Source of the DNA: the human T2T-CHM13v2.0 reference genome, Homo sapiens
Assembly (NCBI RefSeq): GCF_009914755.1
Contig: NC_060927.1
Strand: one strand, 5' to 3'
Length of the DNA: 64,000 nt
The position numbers and the translations under genes were made by a program. The notes under the pieces were generated by a model. The model worked only from the letters and a program-made list of their open reading frames with translations. It was not told the DNA's origin and searched no databases. This document shows, one piece after another, positions 38,253 to 53,467 of the stretch (positions are counted from its first letter, which is position 1; each line of letters opens with the position of its first letter).

Positions 38253-38390
38253 ATCTATTCTGATATATGTAAATCATCAATTCTGATATATGTAAATCAT
38301 CAATTCTGATATATGTAAATCATCAATTCTGATATTTGTAAATCATCTATTCTGATATATGTAAATCATCTATTCTGATATATGTAAATC
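38253..38390. repeat. 23-bp minisatellite, 6 copies
   Basis: atc(t/a)attctgatatatgtaaatc x6. Confidence 0.97.
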
Positions 38391-39012
38391 TTCACTACTC
38401 ACTATGCTGCATGATCCTTGACAAATTTTCGATTTCCTTGTATTATTAAGTAATAGCTGCATTCTTTTAGGATACTATTTCATGATCAGCACTCTTCCTT
38501 CAGGCTCTACCTAAAAATTATATAAGTAAGACTACTACATCAATTTATGATCTAATTATGTCATTTCTTTATTTGTCTATTATTTGCCACTGTAACTCAA
38601 TTGTTCAAAGATTCAATGTAGGAATCATATAATTCAGCCTGATTAATATAAGTATTTGCTCTAAATGCCATTGGAAATGTATATATCCATTATAGCTCAT
38701 TTTAGCACATATGTTAATGTTTCTGTTGCAGGATTCACTCAATTATATCCTCATTAAATGTTGGTACAGTTCGAAAATATCAAATGATATCAAATCAGCA
38801 ATATTGAGCAGCTAGCTACATTTTTGAATTTCTTATTTGCTAGTTGAAGTTACTTATATTTGTTACAATCTGGGAAGCTCTTAAAAATGTAATTATAACT
38901 TTAAATATATCTCTGCAAAAGAACTTTTGGAAATAATTTCTTTGGTGTGTCTGAGAACTGTGAAGTCTTAAGTCTGAATGGAATTAAAGGCATTTGTTTT
39001 GTTCATCCATTC

Positions 39013-39314
39013 TTTTTTTTTTTTTTTTTTTTTGAGACGGAGTCTCTCTCTGTCACCCAGGCTGGGGTGCAGTAGTGCGATCTCGGCTTACTGCAAGCTC
39101 TGCCTCCCGGGTTCATGCCATTCTCCTGCCCAGCCTCCCGAGTAGCTGGGACTACAGGCGCCCGCCACCATGCCTGGCTAATTTTTTGTGTGTTTTTAGT
39201 AGAGACGGGGTTTCACCGTGTTAGACAGGATGGTCTCGATCTCCTGACCTCGTGATCTGCCCACCTCGGCCTCCCAAAGTGCTGGGATTACAGGCGTGAG
39301 CCACCGCGCCCGGC
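39013..39314 (-). mobile_element. AluY
   Basis: T21 tail, Y diagnostics actgcaagctc, ccattctcc, ggatggtctcgatctcctgacctcgtgatc. Confidence 0.93.
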
Positions 39315-41562
39315 AAGTGGTATCTTTTCACTTAGTTTATTCAGTGACTAAGATATGAACATTTTTCTAATTGGTATTCACTTCCATAACTGTGGAGTCT
39401 ACCCAGTAACCAATATCTGTAATGGTATTAAGTACCACCTGTTCAAGCTATTTATATGCTGTAAATTAGTCTCTAATACCCTCTATTTCCAAAGTCTTAT
39501 GACATCTAAGATGAAATGATAATAGATAATTTCATTAATTTATAAAACTCTGACTGAAGATGGGAGAAAGATCTCTAAACTAATTCTTTAGATTATATTT
39601 ATCAAGAACCGGACAGATTCTAATCATTCTATATCTACATAAAATGTATTGAATTAGATTTCTCTTCTAACCTTTTCAATAAATGCTATACGAGCTTGTG
39701 TGTTTATTTAGCTCCTGGAAAATGTTAGCTCTAATCTCCCCTATTTCATGCTATTTATGTTTTAGACCTTGTTTCTGAATGTGTTTTGTTAATTTGAATT
39801 TTATTGCCCTAAAGCAATTTTTTATTATAATAAACATAAATTACATCACCATAACTCATATGACGTTTTCTTCCCTCCCTCAGAAAGTTGTGACCAATCA
39901 GGGTTTTAATAGACTGCAGTTTTTGTAGAACTCCTCTACCAACACTTTCATAGCTAGTTACTGTTTAAATGCACACTTACTGTGCTAATGGTTGGAGAAT
40001 AAGAGGTCAAGATGGTGGCTTTTACAAGGAACACATATTTCTGAGCATATGGCCTGCAAAGCTAAGATAAATTTTAAGAGAGAGAAATATATCCTAAGTA
40101 TTTATATGTTTAATTTTGTTATATTTGAAGTCACATATTTAGAAAATAAAAGGTGTTTTCAAACAATGTCAGTTTCTATCAGCATGCAGCAGGCGTATCC
40201 CTCTCCATGCACAGATGCACAGAAACAAGAGAAAAATTAAGTACTAAATTCTAGTGGCTATTATAGGATGATGCAAGTTTCAAGATGTGTGAAAGAAAAC
40301 ACAAACTAAAATAATTAGTAAGGACTGTGATGTCCAATAAGGCAAGCAATGAATTCTCTCTTAGCCTCATCTTCTTCATTTGTAAAATTGTTAAATATTT
40401 TGCATGACTTCTTCATACTCAGACTTTAATTGTGGTTGGCTTAGAACTGTTTCTCTTTCAACATTGTCTTCATTTCTCCGCCCTTTTACTAAACCTTAGT
40501 CGTGATTGTTAATATGTCCTCAAGTATCATATATGCACCACGTTCCTTGGAGGTGGTAGAGTGTAGTGAATAGTCAAACAGCTTCTGGGTTTAAATCCTA
40601 CATCCTCTGCTTTCTAGCTGTGTGATTTGGGTCAGGCTAGTTACTATCTGAGCCTCATTTTCCTCATCTGATTGTTTTAAAGACAAAATAATATATAAGA
40701 CAAAAGAGTTAAACAATATGTGAAAATATTCCAGCCTCTGACACATTGAAATTCTCAAGAAATATTTACTGTTCTTAGAACAATATTCTATTCACAATAA
40801 CAATTGTTACATTTTTTATGACTGTTCTAAGTTAGAATCTCTACAAGTCCAAGGGTTAATCAAGGAACATTAAATGTCCCCCAAATAATTATTTCTATTT
40901 AACATACTTTAATTTTAAAACAGTTTTAGGTTCACAGCAAAACTGAGCATTGAAGTGTAAAAACTTTAAGACAATTTTTTGCCCTTTTAGTATTTATTTT
41001 ATTTAGACCTGATTAATTATAAAATTATTTTTCCTTAGCCATAGGAGTTTAATATTACGTTATAAAGATATTTCAACTGGAAAGCATTTTTTAACTTTGT
41101 CCTAAAGAATTTCATGTGTGTGGCATGTGCATGAATTCCTTCTTACTCAATTACTTTTATTATTTTATTCTATTTTAATTTGTTCAAATTAAAATCAATG
41201 TCACATTCTCTGCAGTTAATCACAAAATTTATGTTTTGATGTAAGAAAGGTAAATGATCCTCACAACATTATATTTTTGAAGTTTTCTTTTGAGATCATA
41301 AAAAGAGATTAAAAACTGATGAGAACATATTAAAGCCACACCACATAGAAAGTTTGGGACAGAAAGACCTTAAACTCATCATGTTGATACTCTAGCCATT
41401 TTAATTGTTATTAAATGATACTGCAAATTATTTTTCAATGTGCTTGCTAGTTGGATCTGAGTATTTTCTTAAATGGACATTGTCAATTCTTTAATAAAAG
41501 AAATATTTATAAGCAAATATGTTTATATCCAAATATTTGGGCATTTTGTATAATTCTTTATC

Positions 41563-41650
41563 ATTTGTACACAGAAAAAGACATTTAATGAACTCACAGT
41601 TCCACGTGGCTGGGATAGCCTCACAGTCATGGCAGAAGATGAAAGGCACG
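41563..41650 (-). mobile_element. THE1 LTR fragment (inverted copy of about 44115-44200)
   Basis: Reverse complement is gcctttcatcttctgccatgactgtgaggctatcccagccacgtggaactgtgagttcattaaatgtctttttctgt. Confidence 0.85.
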
Positions 41651-42001
41651 TTTTGGGGCAGAGAGACCTTAACATTCATCATCTTGATACTCTAGTCATA
41701 ATCTATATATTTTGCATGATACAATTTTACAAAATATTAACAATTTTACAAATGAAGAAGATGACGCTAAGAGAGAATTCATGGTTTCTTGAAGAAAGAG
41801 GTTTCTTTCTTGAGGTTTGTATACTTAAGTTCTTTAAGCACACGGGACCCATAAAAATTGTTCTAAAAATAATATTCTTTTAGAGTTCTTCATAGTTTCA
41901 TTGTTTCAAACAACATCATTGTGCTATCCATATCTCCAGTAACCACACTATGAGTCAGCTTCATCTAGCAAACCGAATTAAATTAAAATATTCCACCATG
42001 A

Positions 42002-42276
<275 letters not shown>

Positions 42277-42982
42277 TAATTTTTTTATATATTTCAGATT
42301 TTACTCTAGTATATTTAATGAGATATTAATATCACTATACAACCTAAATTTTAGCATGATATATCATTTTATATCCCTCAGCATTTAAAAATCCTTTGTC
42401 ATTATAGCTTATGCTCTCTATCTTTTAGTAGCGAACTTAATCTATTCATACTAAATATGATTTTGACACATATGGATCTATTTTCACATCTTTAAGAAAA
42501 TTTCACTCTATTTTTACTTCTTTATTTTTTCATTTGTTTTCTGCTTTTCATTGACTTGACTGCATATTTTTGCAGGGGTATGTTGTTTGTTTGTATATTT
42601 GTTTTTCCATTTAATCTGTCTCGCTTTTCATTGCTCTTTATTTAGTTATTCTTAAATGTTGGACAAAGTACATTAGCACTAACGAAGCACAACATTGCAT
42701 TAACGAAGCACAACTTGAATCAATCATCTCCTACCTGAACAATTTAAGGGCTATAGAAAATTTTAGATATGATCATCTCTTCCCGTTTTTATGTTATTGC
42801 TATTTGTAAATATAATTATACATTGTTTTTTAAATTCCAAGCTAAATAGTCATTATCCTTAGTGTTATTATTGTTGTTACTTTGGTTATTGATTACTTAG
42901 ATACACAACACACTTTCAAGTTTCTCTGTAACTCAGTGTCACTTAGATCTCACTCTTCTAAAAAGAATTTTCTTCTCATTGA

Positions 42983-43366
<384 letters not shown>

Positions 43367-43413
43367 TGAAAATTATCTTATTTTATATATCTTACTCTTA
43401 ATAATTTAGAAAG

Positions 43414-43500
43414 GTTTAAAATAATAGATTGACGGATATTTTCTCTTAGCACTTTGAAGAGTTTAAAATCATAGATTGATGGAAATTTTCTCTTAGCACT
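43414..43500. repeat. 47-bp period tandem duplication
   Basis: gtttaaaat(a/c)atagattga(c/t)gga(t/a)attttctcttagcact at 43414 and 43461. Confidence 0.9.
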
Positions 43501-43590
43501 ATTGTCTTTTATAATTTGAAGATACTTTCAGTTTAAATTATGAGTGGAAGACAGAAATTACCTAAAAGGGCACAATTACTAGACTAACAG

Positions 43591-44470
43591 TGTTATGGGT
43601 TGAATTGTGTCCCTTCAGCAAATAATGAGGCGGTAATTCCAGTAGCTGTGAATGTGACCTTGTATGGAAATACAGCCTTTGCAGATGACCAAGTTAGGAT
43701 GAGGCTGTTAGGATGGGCCCTAATCCAATATGACTCTGTCCTTACAAAAAGGAGAAATATGGACACAGGGACAGATAGGCATAGAGAGAAGATGATGTGA
43801 AGATACAGGAAGAATGCCATCGATAAGCCAAACGATATGGTTTGGCTGTGTCCCCACCCAAATCTCATCTTGAATTGTAGCTCCCGTAACTCCCGTGTGT
43901 TGTGGGAGGGACCCGGTGGGAGGTAATTGAATCATGGTTGTAGCTCCCGTAACTCCCATGTGTTGTGGGATCCGGTGAGAGACTATTGAATCACAGGGGC
44001 AGTTTCCCCGTACTGTTCTTGTAGTGGTGAATGAATCTCACAAGATCTGTTGGTTTGATAAGGGGTCTCCCTTTTGCTTGGTTCTCATTCTCTCTTGCCT
44101 GCCGCCATGTGGAATGAGCCTTTCGTCTTCTGCCATGACTATGAGGCCTTCCCAGCACGTGGAACTGTGAGTTCGTTAAACCTCTTTTTCTGTATAAATT
44201 ACCCAGTCTCCAGTATGTCTTTATGAGCAGCAGGAGAACAGACTAAAACACCAAGAAACACCCAAAGCTTCAAGACATTAGGAGAGAGACTTCTCTGGAA
44301 TAGCTTTTTCCTTCTCTGGAATAGCTTTTTCCTTGTGGCTCTCAGAAGGAGCCACCTTTTCAACATCATGATTTTAGACTTGTACCCTCCAGAACTCTGA
44401 GACAGTACACTTCTGATTAAGCCACCCAGTGTGCACTGTTTTGTTAGGGCAGCCCCAGGAAACTACTACA
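43591..44470 (+). mobile_element. MLT1B-like LTR split by a THE1 solo LTR
   Basis: tgttatgggttgaattgtgtccc...gggccctaatccaatatgact...ggaaactactaca. Contains a perfect 21-bp duplication at 44290-44331. Confidence 0.85.
43833..44250 (+). mobile_element. THE1B-like solo LTR with an internal 63-bp duplication
   Basis: (c)gatatggtttggctgtgtccccacc...gactaaaaca. TSD ccaaa/ccaag. ttgtagctcccgtaactccc is repeated at 43875 and 43938. Confidence 0.9.
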
Positions 44471-45108
44471 GATACAAATCATAAACAGAAACAAGAGCCA
44501 GGAGAAACCAGAACCTCCAACTCTCCATGCAGTACTCTATCTATCCTTTCTTTCTGGAGGTTTTTAGAAGGCATTTCAAGGATTCAGCAGGGGGTTGGTA
44601 GACCACTGCTGGGCCCACTATGTCCCATTCCTGCCAGATTCCTGCAGTAACTGCAGGGTTTACTAGCTTACACTTTCTTTTCTGTTGACTGCTTCTCATG
44701 ATGCACACTTGACCCTATGCCCTCTCTTAATCCTGGCAGCTCCCCATACTCTGCTAAATAAATACCAGTGGACATAACTACCAACATGCCATATTCCTCA
44801 ATATCTCATATTCCATGCAAAAGTACATAGACAGGCTCTTTCAATTTATACTGTCATAGATTATACCAGCCGGGTATCCAAGTGATGTCAACAGGGCCCC
44901 AGTGTTTTTTAAACATTTTAATAAAAATTGCTTTTAAAAAATCAGATTTTGCTATAAAGTCAGGCTTATAATCCCTATGTTCTTTTTTTGAGAATATGTT
45001 TTTCCAAAAGAATCCTCAGCCATCCACATAAAAACAGTTTCCATATGTGCCAATTGGAAATTTTTATAACTTGTAGAAATAGATTAAAAATTGGACTTTG
45101 AAAAAATA

Positions 45109-45326
45109 CAGTTGGCCTTTCATGTGTATGAGCTCCACATTCGCAGATTCAACCAACTATGGATAGAAAATATAGTATTCCCAGATGGGGCAGCCCAAGG
45201 ATGCAGAGGGCTAATTTTTAATTTTCCAAGGTTATACAGGACCAGTGTTGGAATTTTAGCATTTCTGGGTTTTGGCATCCATCAGGGTGCTAGAACTAAT
45301 CCCTCACGGAGAACGTGGAACCACTG
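45109..45326. mobile_element. MER2/MER8-group Tigger MITE
   Basis: ta-cagttggcc...cagattcaaccaac...gaaaatatagtattc...ccactg. Confidence 0.7.
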
Positions 45327-45329
45327 ATA

Positions 45330-46390
45330 TACCAATGGCAAATAAGCACTGAAAATTTGCTTAACACCATTAGTCGTTAGGAAAATGCAATTAAAACTAC
45401 AATGAGATGCCCTATATAGCTACTAGGATGGCTATAATAAAATTACAGAAGACAGAGTACTGGTGAGGATATGTAGAAACTTCAATGGTATAGTTGCTTT
45501 GGAAAACAATAGGGAAGTTTCTTTTAAATTTAAATATAAATCTATCATATGACTCAACTATCAATTCCTGGATGTTTACCCAAGAGAAATAAAAGCATGT
45601 TCATCCAGGGACCCATTTGCTAATGTTTATAGCAACTTTATTTGCATGGCCTTAAACTATAAATAACCCAGAAGCCCACATATTAGTAAAAGTATAATCA
45701 AATGGAACACTAGTTTGCGATAAAAAAGAATACAATATAGACATATGTAACAGCATGAATAAATCTCCAAAGCATTAAGTAAACTCAATAAAAAACAATC
45801 AAGGCTACATAGTATATGATTCAATTTTTGTGACATTATTTAATAGCCAAAACTGTAGCCACCCAAATCTGAGTGGGGTAGACAGGGGCTAGGTGTCAGT
45901 TTGGGGGCGAGGATTGATTACAAAGGGGCACTAGGTAACATAGTACTCTAGGTTGCTGTAACAGAATATCATAGACTGGGTAGTTTATAAACAACCAAAA
46001 TTTATTTTTCACAGTTTTGGAGACTAGAAGTTCAAATTCAAGTTACTGACAGATTCAGTGCCTGGTAATGACTCACTTCCTGATTCAGAGGTGGCTGTCA
46101 TTTTTTGTCTCCTCGCATTGTAGAAGGATGGGATATCTCCGGGGTCTCTTATAAAAAGCTCTAACTCCTTTGATTAAGTCTCTGTTCTTATGACCTAATC
46201 ACCTTCCAAAGGCTCCAACTCCAAATACCGTTATATTGGGTATTAGATTTCAACATAAAATTTCAGGAGAATATAAAAATTGAATCTATAGAACAAGGGA
46301 ATTTATGGATGAAATGTTTCCATTGAAGTGGTTGTTACACTACTGTAAACATTTGTCAAAATTCATCAAAATGAACACTTAAGAAAGAAA
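45330..46390 (+). mobile_element. old L1 3' fragment, interrupted by MLT1A
   Basis: aaatgcaattaaaactacaatgagat...tttacccaagagaaataaaagc, resumes after 46293 (catttgtcaaaattcatc). Confidence 0.75.
45938..46293 (-). mobile_element. MLT1A-like LTR
   Basis: ggttgctgtaaca...catagactgggtagtttataaacaac...atgacctaatcacct...tagatttcaacata. Confidence 0.8.
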
Positions 46391-46397
46391 ATGCTGT

Positions 46398-46720
46398 TAT
46401 TATTGTTTGGATGTGTCCCTCCAAAAGGCATGTGTTGAAACATCATCCAATGAAACACTGTTGGGAGGTGGGGCCCAATGGGAGGTGTTTAGGTCATAAA
46501 GGCTGAAGCCTTGTGAACAGATTCAGCTGATTTAAAATAACTTAAGGCTGGGAGTTCAATCTCTTGCTGTCTCACCTTCCACCATGAGATGGCACAGAAA
46601 GAAGGTCCTCACCAGACGCTTGCCTTTGCATCTTGGATTTTCTGGTTTCCAGAACCATAAAGAATCTCTACAAATTGCCCAGTCTCTTATATTCCATTAT
46701 AGCAGCACAGACTGAATGGA
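46398..46720 (+). mobile_element. MST-type MaLR LTR
   Basis: tgtttggatgtgtccctccaaa...catgtgttgaaac...ggaggtggggcc...aaattgcccagtctc. Confidence 0.75.
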
Positions 46721-49482
46721 AATATACATGTATTGCATTTGAATGAATATTAGTAAGAAATTAAACATTCACCACAATAAAAGGATCTTTGAATGAGCAC
46801 TGAGTCCCTCTGAGCAAGGACATGAACAGATGTTATGTAAGAGAAAGGACTGGATCAGAACTTTGAGAGCAGAAAGCATCAAATATTCTACAGCTTGAGC
46901 CTTCTGTGATGGTAGCAGTAGGAACTGAAGATTCCTATGTTTTTGTTATCTTAGATGGTGAATTGGACTCCACTAATGGAGGGGCTTAAGGTATGGGCAG
47001 CCATTTATTTTGTATAAACAGTTGTATAAAATGAATGTGCCAATAAACCATAACAAAATAAATTGGGAGAGCTTAAAATCTAATCCACCTTTTAGGAAGT
47101 CTGTGATGGATAGACTTGACCTACAGAATCTGTGCACACTTTTGATAAGCCAATAATTTCCTCTCTATATAGATACCCCTAATTCAGGCTTCAGGGGCTA
47201 ATAAGTGTTTCCAGAGTTACAACAAAATGATCAATACTTGAACAATATAACACACACTACAAGATTCCTTACTTTGAATGTTGAATATGTGTAGATATAG
47301 AGCTACTAACAGAAGAAATTAAAATTTGGCAGCTTTTGAAAATGTAGTCATTCAAATATGTAAGGCATTGTTTGATGACACAACCAAAAATAAGAAAGTT
47401 TTCATATTTCTTTTTTCAGTATTTTACATAACCTAGGGAGATATAAATTTCTGGCTAACAACAGAATAAATGTTTGCTTACAAAACAAAAGACTCCCAGA
47501 CTTAAAAATCTGTACAAAAATACATATTTGACCAGTTATGTTTGGTTTCTCCATTGTCTTTTGGTTGCACTCTGATTTTTCCAGCTTGAAGTATCTTGTC
47601 CTTATGCATTTTTAGACATCCAATACAGAGGTAATATTTATTTATTCAGTATTTGTCATTTTGAGAGTACTGTGTTTTCTTATATCTGAATCATCAAGTT
47701 GTTCTTGAATATTATACATTTCATTTTCAGGGTAGAATAAACTTTGTACTGATTATATTTGAATTTGTTACTTGAAGTGGAAATTGTATGTGATAGCAGA
47801 AAGGGTGAGTGCTTTGAAATAAGTAATACTGGATAGTGAAATATTGGTTTAAATTCTGGATCTTCCAGTGATAGCTGCCATCAAGGACACATTTCTTACC
47901 ATTTTTAGCCTTAAATCACTCACTTTGAACATGGAAATAATAAACACATTTTGCAAAGTTATATTGGTGTGATGAGATCAGCATTCGGTAAAGGGAAGCT
48001 GATATGACTGTTAGTCAACTGATTCATCTAGCTATTTACCTATCCTTCTTTTGTTTTCCTCTCTGCAGCCAAAAGATTTAAGTTCAAATTCTAGATTGAT
48101 AGTTTATTACATCTGTGACTTTTAGCAAGTTATGTACTTTGCAGTCTAAAATTTCACATTTATAAAGTATGATATTAATATTAAAGAGTCTGTAAGAATC
48201 TAGTTTAGTGCCTGAAATATAGTAGGTGCTCATTTAATGACAGCTACTGCTATTTTAACTTTTAGACATCACTATTACTACAAAACTTGCTTTGATATTT
48301 TACCTTTCTAAAATTTATTTTTTTGCTTCCTAAAATGCAGACTATCCTGCATCCAAACTATATTGGAAATTAAATATTTTAATGGAAAATAAAAATCACA
48401 TACCGGTCAAGTAAGTTATAGTGGTTTTGAACAAAAGGCATACAATTTCTTTTTTAAAAAATATAAAAAGTATTAATACTATGTTCAACACAAATATACT
48501 TATATGTGTATTATATAAATGCTGGAAATACCAGTTTTTAAGGGACTACGTAGCAGCTACATGTTTTGATAATTGACATTATTCAGCATATTTTTCTAAT
48601 ACATGAAGTATGTCAAATGATGAGTTCAGTATAACATTTTTATCTGCATTGCTTTGTTACTTTTGTGCATTATTATTAAATGCAGTTATATATTGCTATA
48701 AGTTGTATTATTGCATATTAAAATCATTCTTAGATAAGTTAAAATAAAAATCAAGAAGGTCATTTGCACAGCTTGAGAAAATGTTTTTATCAAACAGAGA
48801 TTATGCATTTTTCTTTTAGCACTTTTTTTGTATGAAATCAATTATTTCATGTTTTTTAAAAACATAAAACACAGCTTCCAGGTAAAGTAAATATTTTCAG
48901 TTTCAGTTACACATGGATATCCTCCATTGTCTATGTTATCATATACTTGTCTTAGTAAAAGTTTTGCCTAAAAATAACTGCTTATCGAAAGTGTACTTAT
49001 GTTAAGTGTAGATACATTTTGAGTAGATAAAAAGCAGGTATTTTTTTCAGAGATAATCTTAAAAATGCTTTTTCATGCATCTGGAGATTAAATAGCCGGA
49101 AATGAAATCCAGAAGTAAATGGTACCACTTGTAAACATACCTCTGACATTAGGAGTATATTGGAAATTATGACAAGTGTCTGTTATCATAGATAAGTAAG
49201 GGTATCCCATGAGTAACTAAAAATGAGCATATTTAATGGAAGCCAAGTTTCATATTTTTAAAAGACATGGAGAAATTTATTTCATAAGAAAAATCTGTTT
49301 AAAATGGATAATCTTTGTAAAAAAACTACTCTTAAAAATCCTTTGCTAATGGCCTTCTTGAACTTTATCTTAATGTATATAAGAATTCTTCAAAAATCAC
49401 ATTATATAATTAATTAAGGATATTAGAGAAAATTAGAAAGATACTGCAATGTGTCAACAATTTTTAAAACTGATGCTAAATA

Positions 49483-49785
<303 letters not shown>

Positions 49786-50240
49786 AAAATCGCTGCTAAA
49801 TATATTTCTGGCTGTTAGTAATTTCTATTTGTGCTGGTCTAATTTGTGCTTTTCTTTTTAATAAAGACTTGTTTTTTTAAAAGAAAGCACAGTGATCTGG
49901 ATGATGTCTTATGGTAAACCCTTGGGGTAAACTCCAAAGGGTAAGTATTAGCAGTGTCGATGCCACCTCATTACAGTAACTACAATACCACATTTAAAAT
50001 GAAAAAAAGAAAATCAGACTTTTATGAAGTATCTTGCAAATTCAAATCCTTTCTATGATGGCAAATAAAACAGGAATTTGGAGCACCAAACTTGCCCCTT
50101 CCTCTGCAATAACCTAAACACAAAAGTCTCAAACGTTTTAGAATGAATTCCTAATTTTATACATCAAATGACCACCCTCTCATCACATTGAATACCTATT
50201 GTAAGAAGTTAGAATCCTCTATCTTGTCCTTCCTTGTTAG

Positions 50241-51049
<809 letters not shown>

Positions 51050-52513
51050 CTCTGGGGTAGCATGTTTTTATTTGTAGAATATCAAGAGAATAGTGTTGCG
51101 TCTTTCAGAAAACTCAGTCTAGAAAATCTTAGGAATGAAATATACAACCTAATTTTATACATTTTTCTAATTCCTATTTATGGTTAATATTTGAAGAAAC
51201 ATTCCCTCATGCATATATAGTTTTAGTTTAATGTAAGTGAATAAGATACATAATAATGCTGGTTGCAAAGATTTTGTGTTCCAGAAAAGTTCAATAATAT
51301 TTTCCTTAAAGGTTGGCATGTAAGAAGAAAATTTATTTCCAACATTTTAATCTTTGACTCTGCATTAGCCATTTTCAATTAGATAAATTATTTTTTTCAC
51401 TTGAGTTATTTGTTGAAAATTGGTAAACTTAATTGCTGAAAAGCTTTAGCTTTTGCTATTTTTTTTTCTAATCAGTGATTCAGTGATTACTATTTCTTTT
51501 CTATTTTCTTTATATGTATTGTAATTTCTCAATGGCATTCAAGAAACCCTGGAAAGCACATTGAAAGTGGAATTATTTAAGTTGGACATCTGTAGATACT
51601 TGTGCATTAAAAAATTCTCCAAGTATGTCTTTAAAACTTAATAAAAATGTCAACTTCGAAACTTAATGTGCCTGGGGCTTAGTCCAGAGGACAGTGGTAT
51701 CAGGTAAGCTCAAACAGGAAGATAATGGAAGGGGATTTGAACTTTATAATTATGATAAGGACTCCTGGCTAGTTTAAGAAAGACAATGACGGGACCAGAA
51801 TATACGTTACTGCCTGCTGTGTATATGCAGCAATAGTGGTTATACCTGGTTCTTTGTCTGCAAATCGGAGCACAGGCTCAACATGAACAATCCTCGGTCC
51901 ACTTATGAAGGAGGCTTATCCACTCAGCTGGAGGTATGATTTCCCTGCATATTGCTGCCAACTTCCTGTCACTGTCCCAGAGGTTTAGAGTTAGCATTCA
52001 TGACCTTCAAACAGCCTAATTTCCCCAGAGTCATTGAACACAGCTAGTTGGCCCTACTAGGCTGAAAGCCATATGGCATCAATTGTAAATGTTTTGCTAC
52101 TATTTCTAAATATAACCACCTGCCTGATTTACTGTTTGCTGGATGCTCACCTTGAATGTGAATATGTCCACATAATTTTTTTCTTTAAATTAAGAAATGT
52201 AGTTTCAAATTATGATTAATTTTATCCTATTAAGATGTTGAAGGGGGACGCTGAAGAAGCTTCACATTGTCAGTTTTGTATAAATCCACTTGTTGGAGAA
52301 AAGTGTTGAAATGAAATTAACAAAACCATCACATAAATATAAACGTGTAGATTGTTAAAATTACAGTTTTAGGAAATTTGCAACATAAAGTACAAGGTAA
52401 ATAAATATCTCATTTTGAACTCACATATTTAGTACAAAATATTGCCCAAAATACATCCTAGGGCTTGGGGATATTTAGAAAAGAGAAGACCCCCAGAGCT
52501 ATAATCCTCATTA

Positions 52514-53102
52514 AGTAACCAGATAGCTTAACTTCAAAATGCATTTTATTGTTTTTTAACCTTGGGTTTCAAGATATAACCTTGAAGAAAACTGCGGAAG
52601 CCTTTTCTGTTAGCTATAAAATAGACTCCATATCCCTCCCTTTCCTACCATGTATACTCCCTTCACATTTATCTAATTGTATGCTATCATCTGTGTGCCT
52701 TCTTAGAAGTTGCAGGGGCTAATCTTGAGTCTGACAAAGGAAGCTTGGAGACTCAGCTGCAAAATTCCCGCGATCACTTCAAGGTGGCTGGCTAGTTAAC
52801 AACCCCGCCATTGTTGAGATGCTGCCAGCCCGTGATTCAGGTGGACTGAGACCCAAAATAGCCACCAGAGCAAGACACACAGACATTGTACTCAGCACAA
52901 TTCTTGCATGCCTTCCTTATCAATGTTTCCACTTTTAAACCCCTGCCCTCACCCCCAAAATTGAAGTGGTTGGTTTAGATGGGAATCCGGCCACATCCCC
53001 TTTACTAGTTTTGGTTAGTAAAATCACTTTCTTTATACGAGACCTCGCTCTTGTGAATTGGACTCTGCAAGTGGTAAGCATTCAGATCTGTGTTCAGTTA
53101 CA
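52514..53102 (+). mobile_element. ERV1 solo LTR (LTR29-like)
   Basis: About 590 bp, gtaacc...cttcaaaatgcatttt...gtttcaagatataaccttgaag...ggactctgcaag...cagttaca. Subfamily is from recall. Confidence 0.7.
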
Positions 53103-53256
53103 AGGAAGTGATCTCTCTGCAATGGACACAGAAAAGATAAAAGGTTCAAGGGGAAATATAGGGGAAGAGGGAGGGGGAACTTAAATATTGGGGATAAATG
53201 AATTTGGGATAATTAAAACCAAATATAGAGAAAATTCTGAAGGGAAACTGATAATA

Positions 53257-53467
53257 GTGTATATGTAGACATTATGCTCCTCAATGGAAATTTTAAGGAT
53301 ACAATATTGTTTCCAGTCATCTGTCTTTCAGCAATATCACCGAGTGACTCGATGCAATCAAATGTGTATATGTAGACATTGTGCTCCTCAATGGAAATTT
53401 TAAGGATACAATATTGTTTCCAGTCATCCCCCTTTCAGCAGTATAGCCCAGTGACTCGATGCAATCA
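53257..53467. repeat. 107-bp tandem duplication
   Basis: gtgtatatgtagacatt...gtgactcgatgcaatca at 53257 and 53364. Confidence 0.95.
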
